Assembly (NCBI GenBank): GCA_030592635.1
Contig: JAUVIS010000001.1
Coordinates: forward strand, 1-55,186
Direction: 5' to 3'
Source of the DNA: Candidatus Fermentibacteraceae bacterium
GTDB lineage: Bacteria > Fermentibacterota > Fermentibacteria > Fermentibacterales > JCC-6
Length of the DNA: 55,186 nt
Shown here: piece by piece, positions 44,177 through 54,681 of the stretch
How the letters are laid out: each line of letters opens with the position of its first letter
How positions within the stretch are numbered: position 1 is the first letter of the stretch
Notes under the pieces: generated by a model
Databases searched by the model: none
Seen by the model: the letters and a program-made list of their open reading frames with translations, nothing else
Told to the model about the DNA's origin: nothing
Translations under genes and position numbers: made by a program

Positions 44177-44576
44177 CCACCTTCAACGATACCTGGGCAG
44201 TGCCTGTATCAAGCATACCCAGAGTTGATGCCGCGCCTCTGGAAAGATCTACTATTCGTCCTGAAATAAAAGGGCCCCTGTCGGTAACTCTAACGGTTAC
44301 AGATCTGCCGTTCCCAAGGTTAGTGACAAGAAGAACGGTTCCGAAGGGCAGTGTTCTGTGGGCGCAGGTAAGCCCGTTCATGTCATAGGTCTCCCCATTG
44401 GCGGTCTTCCTGCCGTGAAACGGAATTCCGTACCACGAAGCCGTACCCCGCAGTTCCAGACCGGAAATCACAACTGTACCCGCCGAAACACCATGAGACA
44501 CATACACCGGCGAAGAGACCAGCCCGCATCCCTGAAACAGTATAAGAAAAACCACAACTCCGGTTTTGCTATTCAC
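44163..44576 (-). CDS. rlpA: RlpA-like lipoprotein (DPBB domain, septal ring lytic transglycosylase family)
   Basis: Lipobox LFQGC. ASWYGIPFHGRKTANGETYDMNGLTCAHRTLPFGTVLLVTNLGNGRSVTVRVTDRGPF. Confidence 0.85.
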   Translation of the reverse strand: MNSKTGVVVFLILFQGCGLVSSPVYVSHGVSAGTVVISGLELRGTASWYGIPFHGRKTANGETYDMNGLTCAHRTLPFGTVLLVTNLGNGRSVTVRVTDRGPFISGRIVDLSRGAASTLGMLDTGTAQVSLKVVGNE

Positions 44577-45444
44577 CTGTCAATTTCTTCATTTCATCCA
44601 TGAGTTCAGAAGCAGCAAACGGTCTTCTCATTAATCGGGTTCCAACCTGAACCATCTGTGCCCCGGCGGCAAGAAGTTGAAGTACATCCTCGCCCCGGGA
44701 AACCCCGCCCGAACTTATTACCGGTACGGAAACTGCATTTGAAACCTGCCACACCTTCGCAACAACCAGGGGCAGCAAAGCGGGTGATGTATATCCTGCC
44801 ACTTTTCGCCTGATAACAGATTTCCCGGTTTTCCAGTCAATGTGCATTCCAAGGAAGGTGTTGCACACGGTTACAGCCGAGGCTCCTCCTTCAACTGCCG
44901 CCTCTGCCGACTGTACGATATCTCCACCATTGGGAGTCAGTTTTACGGAAAAAGGTCTGTCTGTAACCCGGGAAACACCCTGAGCAACTCGAAGCACCAC
45001 CTCCGGATCAACGCCGAACGCTGTTCCGCCCTCGGCAACATTCGGGCAGGAAACATTGATTTCATAGCCAATATGTACACTGGAATCCTCAAGAATATTC
45101 ACAACATCGGCAAATTCATCAACGGATTCACCTGCCACATTTATGAGAAAAGGGCATGGCAGAGCGGCAGCGGCAGGAAGAATGCAGTTGAGCACATGGT
45201 GAACGCCGGGGTTGGCAAGACCGATGGAATTCAGCAGTCCGAAGGGAGTCTCCAGAAGCCTCGGGGGTAGGTTGCCTTCTCTCGGCTTTAAAGTTACCGC
45301 CTTTGAGACCACTGCTCCCACCCCGGAAAGACACTTGAGATCAAGAAGCTCCTCCCCGAAACCCGCTGTACCTGAGGCAAGCATAACCGGTGAGCTGAAA
45401 TCGTGTCCCCAGAATTTCCGGCGGATGGCAGGCGGGAAACTCAT
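44569..45444 (-). CDS. pyrD: Dihydroorotate dehydrogenase, class 1B catalytic subunit
   Basis: Motifs SPVMLASGTAGFG, NVSCPN and GGVSRGEDVLQLLAAGA. The ATG at 45444 forms an ATGA overlap with the pyrK stop. The ORF track starts 6 codons upstream. Confidence 0.9.
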   Translation of the reverse strand: MSFPPAIRRKFWGHDFSSPVMLASGTAGFGEELLDLKCLSGVGAVVSKAVTLKPREGNLPPRLLETPFGLLNSIGLANPGVHHVLNCILPAAAALPCPFLINVAGESVDEFADVVNILEDSSVHIGYEINVSCPNVAEGGTAFGVDPEVVLRVAQGVSRVTDRPFSVKLTPNGGDIVQSAEAAVEGGASAVTVCNTFLGMHIDWKTGKSVIRRKVAGYTSPALLPLVVAKVWQVSNAVSVPVISSGGVSRGEDVLQLLAAGAQMVQVGTRLMRRPFAASELMDEMKKLTGE

Positions 45445-46205
45445 AAGCCGGCTTCTTTCCATCTCTTCCAGTCAATTTCTACGCCGGGAAAAACTGGACC
45501 TTCCCTGCAGCACTTTTTGTACCCGCCTCCCGACACGGGAATTGAGCAGCCGTCACAGACCCCCCAGCCGCAGCCCATTCGACTCTCTGTAGAAACCTGC
45601 ACCTTGCGCCTGTGCTTTTCGGGTATAGTGTTCCATACAGCTTCCATCATTGCAACAGGACCGCAAACCGCGATTGAATCCGCTCCATCAAGAAGTTCTT
45701 CAGAAATCAGAGCTGTGACAAGCCCCTTTTCCCCTGCGGAACCGTCTTCCGTGATCACCCGGCAGGAGTCCAGGGGAACCACCCTGTCTGAACCGGATGC
45801 CCCGATAAGTACTGTCACAGAGTCAACTGAATTCATGAGAAACTGGAAACCGGCAGCGCCAAGACCTCCGCCTATGAGGAGCCAGCTGGATCCGGGGTCA
45901 ATCGCCCAGCCGCGACCAAGCGGTCCCAGAACTCTGACTGTATCTCCCGGTCTCATCTGAGCCATGAGTTCAGTACCTGAACCAACCACATCAAACAGCA
46001 GTTCAAATCCGTTTCCCGTGAGACGATTAATTGTTATGGGTCTTCTGGTCACAGGAAAAACATCAGGGGAAGGTTCAATCTGAACAAACTGCCCGGGAAG
46101 AGCGTGGGACGCTATTTCCGCGCAGTCAAAAACTGTTTTAACGACACCGCAAAGCACCTGTTCCCTGTGTTTCACCACACAATCAAAATCCCGGGGTACG
46201 GTCAA
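45441..46205 (-). CDS. pyrK: Dihydroorotate dehydrogenase electron-transfer subunit (FAD / 2Fe-2S)
   Basis: Ferredoxin-reductase-like fold with RRPITI (RxxS/T FAD motif context). C-terminal cluster CGWGVCDGC...KKCC. Confidence 0.85.
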   Translation of the reverse strand: MTVPRDFDCVVKHREQVLCGVVKTVFDCAEIASHALPGQFVQIEPSPDVFPVTRRPITINRLTGNGFELLFDVVGSGTELMAQMRPGDTVRVLGPLGRGWAIDPGSSWLLIGGGLGAAGFQFLMNSVDSVTVLIGASGSDRVVPLDSCRVITEDGSAGEKGLVTALISEELLDGADSIAVCGPVAMMEAVWNTIPEKHRRKVQVSTESRMGCGWGVCDGCSIPVSGGGYKKCCREGPVFPGVEIDWKRWKEAGL

Positions 46206-46208
46206 AAG

Positions 46209-47861
46209 CTACTCCTCTCCGCCTTCAGGATCTTCTTCAAGCCCGACGGCCCGTCTCAGAGCAGCTTCTCTGCCCTGGGGAGTCTCCGGATAGTTCTCTG
46301 TGAGTTCTTTCAGGCAGGCACTGACAGTTCCACCGTCCATCCTCGCTCCCTCAGCGGCCAGATAGGCAGCCCATAGAGCTTCAGCTCGTACTTCGTAACC
46401 AAAAGGCGTTTCAAGAAGATCATCCAGAATCGACCAGGCGGATTCCCAGTGCTGAATCTCAATCTGTGTCCAGGCTCTCTCAAGTACGGCGGAAGGTCTG
46501 GCAGCCGCTGCGTTCCCTGCCGGAAGACCCAGTCTCTCTTCTATCATTCCCGCGAGATCGCTCTCCGGTATTCTGTTTAAAACGGACAGTAGAACCATCT
46601 CAACCGAATCGGCAGGTACTCCACCATTGTCCGCCAGAAAAACCAGAGCCATTGAGGAAAAGAGAATGTGGTCTGAATCAGCTACTTCGCGAAAACCTTC
46701 CAGGGCTTCGGTATCCATTCCGTAAAGATCAAGTCGCTTTTCCGCAGCAAGCAGACTGTAGTGTACTTTGTCAATTCCGCCAGCCGTGTTCGAGCTGTCG
46801 GAATAGTTTATGTAGAGGTTCAGATTCCTCCCTCTGTTCGCGGCAAGCCTCAGCCACATGAAATCACCGGGGCGCGAAGCACACTCATTCAGAGCCAGCA
46901 GGGCGTCATCATACTTCTCCCTCTGCTCAAGAAGAACAGCTCTTCGGTACAAAGCTTCCGCGCCCGTTTCCCTGTAGCTGTCCAGCTCGGCAGCATCCAG
47001 ATAGGCAGCAAGAGCACCGTCCCAGTCGCCGGCCAGTTCATCGGCTCTGCCCTTCAGTAGAGAAATGTCGGCCATCTCCCTGTCAGAACGGTAACCAAGC
47101 AGAAGTCTGTTGAGTTCCTGAGACGCTTTTCCCGGCATCCCCGCCTCTACATATGACTCTGCCGCGGTGGCAAGAGCCCGATAGTAAACATCTCCGCGCT
47201 CCTCTATGGCAGTCGCGCGAAGACACATAACGGCACCGCTGTCCGGCATTCCCAGAGCGGTGAGAATTTCTCCGCCTGTGATGTAGTACTCTGCCCTGAG
47301 GCTGTCTCCTCCGGAAGGTGCAAGTGTGTCAAACACAGAAGAGGCCAGTTCCGGCTGGCCGGATTCCAGATATGCTTTACACAGAAGCAGCCTGCTCAGC
47401 GCGTGACTTCGACTGTCCTCGTTTGAGACCTCCACCAGAGCTGCGGCAGCATCGTTAAACCTTCCAAGCTCAATGGCTGCCTTTCCCTGACCTAGCCTTG
47501 CCTCGTCAAGAAGAGACCGGTCATCAGTCATGACGATTACAGAAGCAAATGACATCATGGCTTCCTGAAAATCACTGGTGCCGCTTCCCGTAAGAGATCT
47601 CTGACCCCGCAGAAGCATGGCATTCCCAAGAAGCAACTGGGCGTCGTCTACCCACCTGCTGTTCGGATATCTTGCTAAAACCCGCCCGGCCCCCGCGACG
47701 GCCCTGTCCAGTAAAGCCTCTTCGTGTTGAGCGGGCTCATCCGGATGTTCCCTGGCATACTCCAGAGCTTCCTCGTAACTGGATCTGGCGTTGTAGTATG
47801 TGTTGTAGTAGGCGCATCCACCCGTAAGGAGTATCAGAATAACAACAACAACTTTATACAA
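46209..47861 (-). CDS. TPR repeat lipoprotein
   Basis: With the TTG start at 47861 (GGGAGG SD 6 nt upstream), the product begins MYKVVVVILILLTGGC, a lipoprotein signal. Multiple TPR-like repeats follow. The ORF track start (47891) would overlap pyrC by 38 nt. Confidence 0.7.
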   Translation of the reverse strand: MYKVVVVILILLTGGCAYYNTYYNARSSYEEALEYAREHPDEPAQHEEALLDRAVAGAGRVLARYPNSRWVDDAQLLLGNAMLLRGQRSLTGSGTSDFQEAMMSFASVIVMTDDRSLLDEARLGQGKAAIELGRFNDAAAALVEVSNEDSRSHALSRLLLCKAYLESGQPELASSVFDTLAPSGGDSLRAEYYITGGEILTALGMPDSGAVMCLRATAIEERGDVYYRALATAAESYVEAGMPGKASQELNRLLLGYRSDREMADISLLKGRADELAGDWDGALAAYLDAAELDSYRETGAEALYRRAVLLEQREKYDDALLALNECASRPGDFMWLRLAANRGRNLNLYINYSDSSNTAGGIDKVHYSLLAAEKRLDLYGMDTEALEGFREVADSDHILFSSMALVFLADNGGVPADSVEMVLLSVLNRIPESDLAGMIEERLGLPAGNAAAARPSAVLERAWTQIEIQHWESAWSILDDLLETPFGYEVRAEALWAAYLAAEGARMDGGTVSACLKELTENYPETPQGREAALRRAVGLEEDPEGGEE

Positions 47862-49125
47862 ATTCACCCTCCCTGTATAACTCTCTTCCAAACCAGACCC
47901 TTACAACCCTGCCCTTAAGCCTTTCTCCAAAGAAAGGGGAGTTTGATGAACTGGAAAAGGTTCTGGTGTATGTCCACTGAAGCTCCGGGTCGAAAAGAAT
48001 CATGTTCAGTGGTTTTCCCGCGGCAATATCAGGCGGCGCAGTGTTAAGAACAGATGCCGGCGCAGTAGTAAGCAGGCGAATGATATCCAGTGGATGCATT
48101 CCGGCCTCTCCGCCCAGAATGCCCAGAGTTACTGGAAGAAGAGTCTCAAGGCCGATAATTCCAAAGGCAGCCGTAGAAAGTGGCAGTTCCTTTCTTGTGG
48201 AGGTATGGGGAGCATGATCACTGGCAACAGCAGTAACCATGCCCTCTCTAACCATGTGAACAATTTCTTTCCTGCTTTCTTCTGATCGAAGGGGAGGATT
48301 CATCTTCGCGACAGGCCCCAGGGCAATCACCGCCTCCTCGTTCAAAGCCAGATGATGGGGAGTAACATCGCATGTAACTTTAAGTCCTGCCAGAACAGCC
48401 TCGTGAACCTGCCGGATGCTTTCGGGAGATGAAAGATGCGTAAGATGAAGCCTTGCGCCACTCCTGGAATCACGAAGAATATCAATACATCTTTTCACAT
48501 CAAGATGCTCCGCGCTTTCAGGTATTCCCTGAACTCCTGTTTCGGTAGAAGCCCGACCCAGGTTAACAGCTCCCCCGGCTGCCATGGCAGTCACTTCGGG
48601 ATGCTCAATTACAACGCCATTGAAAGAAGCGACACGATTAAAGGCGTCCAGCAATGCCTTGTCACTCTCCACCGGACTGCCGTCGTCGCTGAAACAGGTA
48701 ATACCGCTGCCCGCGAAGTCTTCAAGATCGGTACATATTTCCCCGGCGCGACCGCGGGTAACACATGGAATTGGCTCAATCCGCGCAAGTCCGAAAAGTT
48801 CTCCCTTTTCCTTCACCGACAGCGCAAGATCCAGTGTATCCAGTGCCGGTGTGGTATTGGGCATCATACCCACACGGGTTACACCGCCGGCTACTGCCGC
48901 GCGAAGTCCCGTTTCAAGTGTCTCAGCATCCTCGCAACCGGGAGTTCTGAGGTGAACATGCATATCCACCAGACCCGGCAGCAGCCACAGTCCGGAGGGT
49001 TTACCTGACGCCTTCCGAATCCACAGTACAGAATCCCGTCCCGCGGCAACATCAACCACACCATCGAAGCCGTCTGCGGGATTAAAAAGTCTCACTCCCC
49101 GCAGAATCTCATTTGCACTTTCCAT
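47854..49125 (-). CDS. pyrC: Dihydroorotase (amidohydrolase superfamily)
   Basis: Metal-binding motifs DMHVHLRTPG and DHAPH. The internal ATG at 49125 (MESANEIL...) is chosen because the longer ORF would overlap the aldolase gene by 80 nt. Confidence 0.88.
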   Translation of the reverse strand: MESANEILRGVRLFNPADGFDGVVDVAAGRDSVLWIRKASGKPSGLWLLPGLVDMHVHLRTPGCEDAETLETGLRAAVAGGVTRVGMMPNTTPALDTLDLALSVKEKGELFGLARIEPIPCVTRGRAGEICTDLEDFAGSGITCFSDDGSPVESDKALLDAFNRVASFNGVVIEHPEVTAMAAGGAVNLGRASTETGVQGIPESAEHLDVKRCIDILRDSRSGARLHLTHLSSPESIRQVHEAVLAGLKVTCDVTPHHLALNEEAVIALGPVAKMNPPLRSEESRKEIVHMVREGMVTAVASDHAPHTSTRKELPLSTAAFGIIGLETLLPVTLGILGGEAGMHPLDIIRLLTTAPASVLNTAPPDIAAGKPLNMILFDPELQWTYTRTFSSSSNSPFFGERLKGRVVRVWFGRELYREGEFV

Positions 49126-49129
49126 TGAC

Positions 49130-50389
49130 TCAGTCCGAGTAGTCCTTTCCGTCACATGCAGATCCTCCATCAGGTGCATTTGCCGCTGTGGAATCACCTC
49201 TGTCGGCAACTATCCCTCTCACCGGTGTTGAGTTCCAGTCTTCTCTCTCAACGATGGTCTTTATTACCTCAGAGCCCAGGCCCACAGAACCGAATGCTTC
49301 AAAGAATCTGAGAGCCCATTTCTCTGTTTCATCGAGTATTCTCTTGTGATACTCGCGGGGCAGAGCCATTATTTCCGAATGGAAGGGAAGATTCAGTTTC
49401 TTGTAGTTGCCGGAATTTCTGGGCCATCCCTCAGCATCAGCGGCTTTTACCATCCTCTTCCAGAGTTCGGCGGGAATACCTTTGTCAGGTCTCTTCACAT
49501 AGCTTCCACCGTCCATAACCGCGTTGCCGCTTTCCGGATCCATTTCAAGGCCGAAGAGAATGTTCTGCCACAGAGTTCCGACATTACCCTTGTTGATGCC
49601 GTACTCCCTGAAATGTCCCACCTTGTCCAGGGGGGTTCCGCTGATACCGTGCTGGGCGATTGTTACACCGTACTTCGCTATGGCATCGGCTATGGCTCTG
49701 GTTCGCTGCAGGTCAATGCCCTCGTCCTCACCGGCGGAAGTGTCGTAAGTACCGTGTTTAGATCCGTTGCTGATGGCCAGAAAGTCCGGAAAAATGCCCC
49801 AGGCGTTCAACCCGCCTATGTAGTACTCCGCTTCCTCAACTGTAGTAAGAACCCCGGCTCCCTTGATTTCTCCTACTTCTGTTTCCAGGCCTATATAGGG
49901 TGGAATGTGCATGGCAAGATCCCTGGTGTACATCAGGTTTTCCCAGTCATGATTGTGAGAGGCGTCAATGGCCACAGAGGTCCAGCCCCTGGAAATAGCA
50001 TCGGGAACAACTGTAAGAGCATCCATAAGATCCTCGGGAGATTTGATGGCGAAGTGATCCATGTGAAGTGAGTAAACCACATGGTCACCAAGCAGGCTGG
50101 AATAATGCATGGCAAGAGAAGGCAGGTTTACAAAATTAACACCTGTGTATGTTGCCTCTGATTTTGCCAGCTCGAGAAGAACAAAACTGTCTGCTTTCTC
50201 AGCCGCTGTGAGTATTCCAAGAGCGCTGAGTGGATTTCTGATGTTGCAGGCCATAACAATAGCGTGATTTTCTTCGGCAACCCTGGCTATATCCCGACCG
50301 CTTACAAGAGCACATCTGCTTCCGGGAAGAGCATTGATTACATTCAGTGGTCTGAGTTCGAGAAAACGCTGGTAAAGAGAGGCGTCCAT
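49130..50389 (-). CDS. fba: Class II fructose/ketose-bisphosphate aldolase family protein
   Basis: Motifs LHMDH, AIDASHN..EN, ETEVGEIKG and ISNGSKHGTY (class II aldolase metal and substrate motifs). Precise substrate not assigned. Confidence 0.85.
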   Translation of the reverse strand: MDASLYQRFLELRPLNVINALPGSRCALVSGRDIARVAEENHAIVMACNIRNPLSALGILTAAEKADSFVLLELAKSEATYTGVNFVNLPSLAMHYSSLLGDHVVYSLHMDHFAIKSPEDLMDALTVVPDAISRGWTSVAIDASHNHDWENLMYTRDLAMHIPPYIGLETEVGEIKGAGVLTTVEEAEYYIGGLNAWGIFPDFLAISNGSKHGTYDTSAGEDEGIDLQRTRAIADAIAKYGVTIAQHGISGTPLDKVGHFREYGINKGNVGTLWQNILFGLEMDPESGNAVMDGGSYVKRPDKGIPAELWKRMVKAADAEGWPRNSGNYKKLNLPFHSEIMALPREYHKRILDETEKWALRFFEAFGSVGLGSEVIKTIVEREDWNSTPVRGIVADRGDSTAANAPDGGSACDGKDYSD

Positions 50390-50479
50390 TCTTTGTCTCC
50401 TTTTTCGTTATTATTTCACTTACCGTTCAAAATTTGTATAGTTTGAATATGCTTGAAACAGCAACCGGGAGGAAACACA

Positions 50480-52213
50480 TTGAAGCAGCCGCCTGAACTG
50501 AGAAAAGTGCTGCTTGAATGGCCACTCGGTACCTACAATATTGTCGCTGTCATTGTACTTGTTCTCTTCAGGTATCTGTTCAGCTTCAGTAATGTCCTTC
50601 TGGTCGATTTCATTCAGGCAGTTCTTTTCCTGCAAGCCGCTGCCCTTTTTGTCGCGATTCTGAGTTCCACCAGAGGCTGGAATGATATCAGAAGCAGACC
50701 CTGGCAGATGATTCTCAGCGTATTTTTCCTTGCAGGAGTGCTGACCGCGCTTATCAACGGCAAGAGTACCGGAAACATCCATGACTGGACAATCACTCCG
50801 GTTACGAACGGGTATCTGGTCGCAATAGCATCCATCATAACATTCAGCGGATTGATAAAACTTGCCGGCAGCATTTCACCCGCCCTGATCCTCGGATCAA
50901 GCTTCATTATGGTTATTCTCTCGGGAACTGTCCTTCTTATGACTCCCAGGGCCACGACAACCGGCATATCGCCGATTAACGCCCTTTTTACATCCACCAG
51001 CGCAACCTGTGTTACCGGCCTGATAGTCATAGACACTGGCACGGATTTCACATTCACAGGTCAATTAATCATTCTTCTCATGATTCAGGTTGGAGGACTG
51101 GGACTAATGACCTTCGCTGCCTTCTTTGCCATGTCTTTCGGCCAGCAGATGGGACTGGCGGGCGCGGCAAATCTGTCTCGGCTCATGGACAGTGAGTTTA
51201 CAAATGATTTGAAACACATTCTGATTTCCATTCTTGTGTGGACCTTAACCATTGAGACAGTTGGAGCACTGCTGCTGTACAACACATGGACAGGAATAGA
51301 AGGTCTGGACTGGTCAACAGGACACACCGTGTGGCAGTCCATCTTTCACAGCATAAGCGCATTCTGCAATGCCGGCTTCAGTTTGAACACCAGCAATCTG
51401 GAGATGTTCGTCGACTCTCCGTCAACTTCATTGATCATTGGTTCAATGATTGTTCTCGGTGGTCTGGGCTTTATGCTCCTTACCACACTTGGAAGACACT
51501 GGCTGATGAGGATGAAATCCGGAAGAAAAAGGATTCTTCCCGTGCAGACAAGATTCGTGCTGATGATTACAGCAATACTTGTAGTTCTGGGCTCAGGTTT
51601 GTTTCTGGCTCTTGAATGGAACAACACCCTCGCGGGAATGAGCATCTGGCAGAAGCTGGCCAACAGTTACCTTCAGGGAGTAACACCCCGCACCGCCGGG
51701 TTCAACACTGTACCGACTTCAAGTCTCGTCTCCCCTGTAAAATGGTTCTTTATGATCCTCATGTTTATCGGTGCCTCTCCAGGCGGTACAGGCGGAGGAG
51801 TAAAAACCACCACCATCGGCCTTCTTGTTCTCTCACTCAGATCTCTGATTCACCGCAGAAAGTCACCGGAAATATGGAAAAGGCAAATCCCGAATTTCGA
51901 TCTGCAACGGGCCGGTGCCATTCTTCTTGTGGGAATGGTTACCTTCGGCATCAGCAGTTTTCTTCTTCTTATCACTGAAACAGGCAGCGGAAGTATCTAC
52001 TCCGCCATGGATTATGTTTTCGAGTCAATGAGCGCGTTCGGAACTGTAGGGCTTTCCACTGGAGTAACCTCATCTCTGACAACAGCAGGCAAATGGATCA
52101 TTATTGTTACCATGTTCATTGGAAGGACCGCGCCGGCAACTCTGGCTGCAGCCACTTCAAGAATCCGATCCTCACTGTACAGTTACCCGGAAGCCAGAAT
52201 AACCATAGGGTAG
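50480..52213 (+). CDS. trkH: TrkH/KtrB-family potassium transporter membrane subunit
   Basis: Multiple TM helices with four selectivity-filter-like MPM motifs (SATCVTGL, AFCNAGFS, TPRTAGFN, AFGTVGLS). TTG at 50480 follows a GGGAGG SD. The ORF is open from 50453. Confidence 0.85.
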   Translation: MKQPPELRKVLLEWPLGTYNIVAVIVLVLFRYLFSFSNVLLVDFIQAVLFLQAAALFVAILSSTRGWNDIRSRPWQMILSVFFLAGVLTALINGKSTGNIHDWTITPVTNGYLVAIASIITFSGLIKLAGSISPALILGSSFIMVILSGTVLLMTPRATTTGISPINALFTSTSATCVTGLIVIDTGTDFTFTGQLIILLMIQVGGLGLMTFAAFFAMSFGQQMGLAGAANLSRLMDSEFTNDLKHILISILVWTLTIETVGALLLYNTWTGIEGLDWSTGHTVWQSIFHSISAFCNAGFSLNTSNLEMFVDSPSTSLIIGSMIVLGGLGFMLLTTLGRHWLMRMKSGRKRILPVQTRFVLMITAILVVLGSGLFLALEWNNTLAGMSIWQKLANSYLQGVTPRTAGFNTVPTSSLVSPVKWFFMILMFIGASPGGTGGGVKTTTIGLLVLSLRSLIHRRKSPEIWKRQIPNFDLQRAGAILLVGMVTFGISSFLLLITETGSGSIYSAMDYVFESMSAFGTVGLSTGVTSSLTTAGKWIIIVTMFIGRTAPATLAAATSRIRSSLYSYPEARITIG

Positions 52214-52220
52214 GAAAAAA

Positions 52221-52886
52221 ATGCAGAAAAAACCCAAGAAAATCGCAGTTATCGGGCTGGGCACCTTCGGAAGCAGCCTGGCAAATGAACTGATCATACA
52301 AAACGCTGAAGTTATTGCAATTGACATCAAACAGGAGCTTGTGAACAACATTTCAAGCCTTGTTAACAATGCAATCTGCTTTGACTGCACAAATGAAAAA
52401 CAGCTGAAGGGATACATTGGAAACATTGATCTGGCCATCGTGGCTATAGGAGAAGATTTCGGGAATACTGTAATAATAACCAAGATTCTCAAGGATCTCG
52501 GAGTTACCGTATACAGCCGGGCAAGCAACGACAGAGAAGAAAAAATCCTCAACGCGGTGGGCGCGGACAAGGTCTATCGCCCGGAACATGAACAGGGAAT
52601 TACCGAGGCCAGAGCCATCACTTATTCAGGTGTAAAGGAATATGTGCGGCTGAGATCCGGCATGGATCTCATCGTCACCGAACCGGAAAAAACTATGATA
52701 GGGAAAATGATCAGGCAACTGGACATTCGCAGAACCTACGGAATAAATATTGCCTTCTTCGGAAAAATGAAGGAGAACGGTAATTACGATTACAGAATTC
52801 CAAACCCGGAAGATGTACTCAACGAGGGTGACCTCCTGTGGCTGATCGGTTCAAATCAGGACATCAGACGATACAGGGAGAGATAA
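52221..52886 (+). CDS. trkA: TrkA/KtrA-family potassium uptake regulatory subunit (RCK N + C domains)
   Basis: Rossmann motif IAVIGLGTFGSSLA and a C-terminal RCK_C-like region (GKMIRQLDIRRTYGINI...GDLLWLIG). Confidence 0.85.
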   Translation: MQKKPKKIAVIGLGTFGSSLANELIIQNAEVIAIDIKQELVNNISSLVNNAICFDCTNEKQLKGYIGNIDLAIVAIGEDFGNTVIITKILKDLGVTVYSRASNDREEKILNAVGADKVYRPEHEQGITEARAITYSGVKEYVRLRSGMDLIVTEPEKTMIGKMIRQLDIRRTYGINIAFFGKMKENGNYDYRIPNPEDVLNEGDLLWLIGSNQDIRRYRER

Positions 52887-53810
52887 TCAGAGATTATCAA
52901 ACAGACCTGTTGACTTCAAAGCCGTGGTTCTGCTTTTATTAATCCGTTTGAAAAGCTTCAAAGCAGTTTCCGGAGACGGATGTTTCTTGCATAGAGATTT
53001 TATCAGCAGAGCCATGGCTTTTGGGAAATCCGACGAGTCTGTAATAAAGCTTCCAAGGGTCAGGTAGTCTTCCGTTGAATAGTTGATTGGTTCAAGTGAC
53101 GGATACCTGGATCGAATCTTTTTTACATAAACAGGTACAATTGCTCTGCTCTGGGGCCATACAGGTCCCAGTGACTCCAGCCAGGCGTTCACCGCGGAGA
53201 GAACCAGTGATATCTCCCCAATCCCGAGAGCCGATGGCTCCGCGACTTCGCCATCGACGAATTCTGCCATTCCCGATCCTTCAGGAGACTTCAGGAAATC
53301 GACAAGAGCCTTTCCTTTGATTGTTCCGCCTGGAAGAAAGCCTTTCGATATCTTGCCGTTTCTAATGGGTATCAGGGCAATCCCTGAATCAGTATGGAGA
53401 CTTATCATTCCTGATTCACCGGATTTTCTCAGAGACTTCAGAAGCTGAATCAGCTCGCCGCTTGAATTGTCCAGTTCTGTAAGCACAGGTTCTTCCGTGA
53501 GGTACTTGATCACCGGTCCAAGGGATCCCTTTTCGAGAAAGTGAAGGGACAGAAAGAGTTCTCTCTTGTCTCTCTTTATCGTGTTTATGAAAGAAGTCGA
53601 GTCCAGACAGTCCAGACCGTGAATGAAGTAGGGGCTTCCCTGCCTGAAAATCAATCTGGCAAATACGCCTTCGTCGTCTGAAATCGCCCAGTAGCAGTCT
53701 TTCTTGAAATCACGGAGAACCGCGCCACCTGTGACAAGTTTGTCAAGGTTCAGGAACATTACCGGAACAGTCTTCAGGAAACAACTGCTGTAAGGTAGTG
53801 CCATCGTCAT
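52887..53810 (-). CDS. Hypothetical protein
   Basis: About 307 aa from the ATG at 53810, just downstream of the lepB stop (53812-53814). No recognisable motifs. The ORF-track start at 53939 lies inside lepB. Confidence 0.55.
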   Translation of the reverse strand: MTMALPYSSCFLKTVPVMFLNLDKLVTGGAVLRDFKKDCYWAISDDEGVFARLIFRQGSPYFIHGLDCLDSTSFINTIKRDKRELFLSLHFLEKGSLGPVIKYLTEEPVLTELDNSSGELIQLLKSLRKSGESGMISLHTDSGIALIPIRNGKISKGFLPGGTIKGKALVDFLKSPEGSGMAEFVDGEVAEPSALGIGEISLVLSAVNAWLESLGPVWPQSRAIVPVYVKKIRSRYPSLEPINYSTEDYLTLGSFITDSSDFPKAMALLIKSLCKKHPSPETALKLFKRINKSRTTALKSTGLFDNL

Positions 53811-53811
53811 G

Positions 53812-54552
53812 TCAGCGAACCAGCCTCGCAATCCTGTCAATTTTCGGCAACCCGGCACCGGGCCGCCAGGACCAGTATGTGACAACCGCCTGCCCTTTGA
53901 CCAGCTCAAGATCCAGTGGACCCCATATCCTGCTGTCACTGGAGTGATCGCGGTTGTCGCCCATCATAAAAACATTTCCCGCAGGAACAATGTATACAGG
54001 ATCACCTCTGTTGTCCAGAACCACATCCAGGGCAATCTTGTTATAAGCCAGATCAGCCACCTCCGCATATGAATACAGCCCCGGCAGAGATTCGGGCCAC
54101 TGTTCATCAATAATACTGGAATTAAACCTGTCCTGGTGTGCCACTGCATAGGGAGAGGGTTCCCCGTTCACATACAGGGTATCATTACGCACACGCACCG
54201 AATCGCCCTCCATTGCGACAACCCGCTTGATAAAAGTAACTTCCTGGTTTGCCGGATAGCGAAAAACAATGCTCTCGCCCAGCTCAACAGAGCCGGTGGC
54301 CGGCATAAGAAGCCATTTCCGCCCTCTGAAATTATGCAGTAACGGGTTCATCCGGTCAGAAAAAGGTATCTGCTGACCATTCTCCGATTTCAGTACAAGC
54401 AGATGATCTCCCACCGGAAGTGTGGGCGACATGCTGGGAGTTGGAATTCTGTAAGCCTCTATGACATAAGGTCTGAGAAAACCGAAGAACACAAGAAGGG
54501 CTAATGCCAGTTGCAGAAACCAGTTACCGTACTTTTCAATCTTAGGGTTCAA
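53812..54552 (-). CDS. lepB: Signal peptidase I (bacterial S26A type)
   Basis: N-terminal TM segment, Ser box PTPSMSPTLPVGDHLLV, Lys box IKRVVAMEGD and GDNRDHSSDSRIWG. Confidence 0.9.
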   Translation of the reverse strand: MNPKIEKYGNWFLQLALALLVFFGFLRPYVIEAYRIPTPSMSPTLPVGDHLLVLKSENGQQIPFSDRMNPLLHNFRGRKWLLMPATGSVELGESIVFRYPANQEVTFIKRVVAMEGDSVRVRNDTLYVNGEPSPYAVAHQDRFNSSIIDEQWPESLPGLYSYAEVADLAYNKIALDVVLDNRGDPVYIVPAGNVFMMGDNRDHSSDSRIWGPLDLELVKGQAVVTYWSWRPGAGLPKIDRIARLVR

Positions 54553-54681
54553 AACGCCTCCCGTACTCAGTTGTGAAAGCGATAATGCCCAAAGCAGACA
54601 CTTTCGTCAACCAGCCATTGACAGCACACAGGAAACAGAGCAAAGTTGCTGTCTAAAGCACAAACCAGCGAAAGGAAATCA

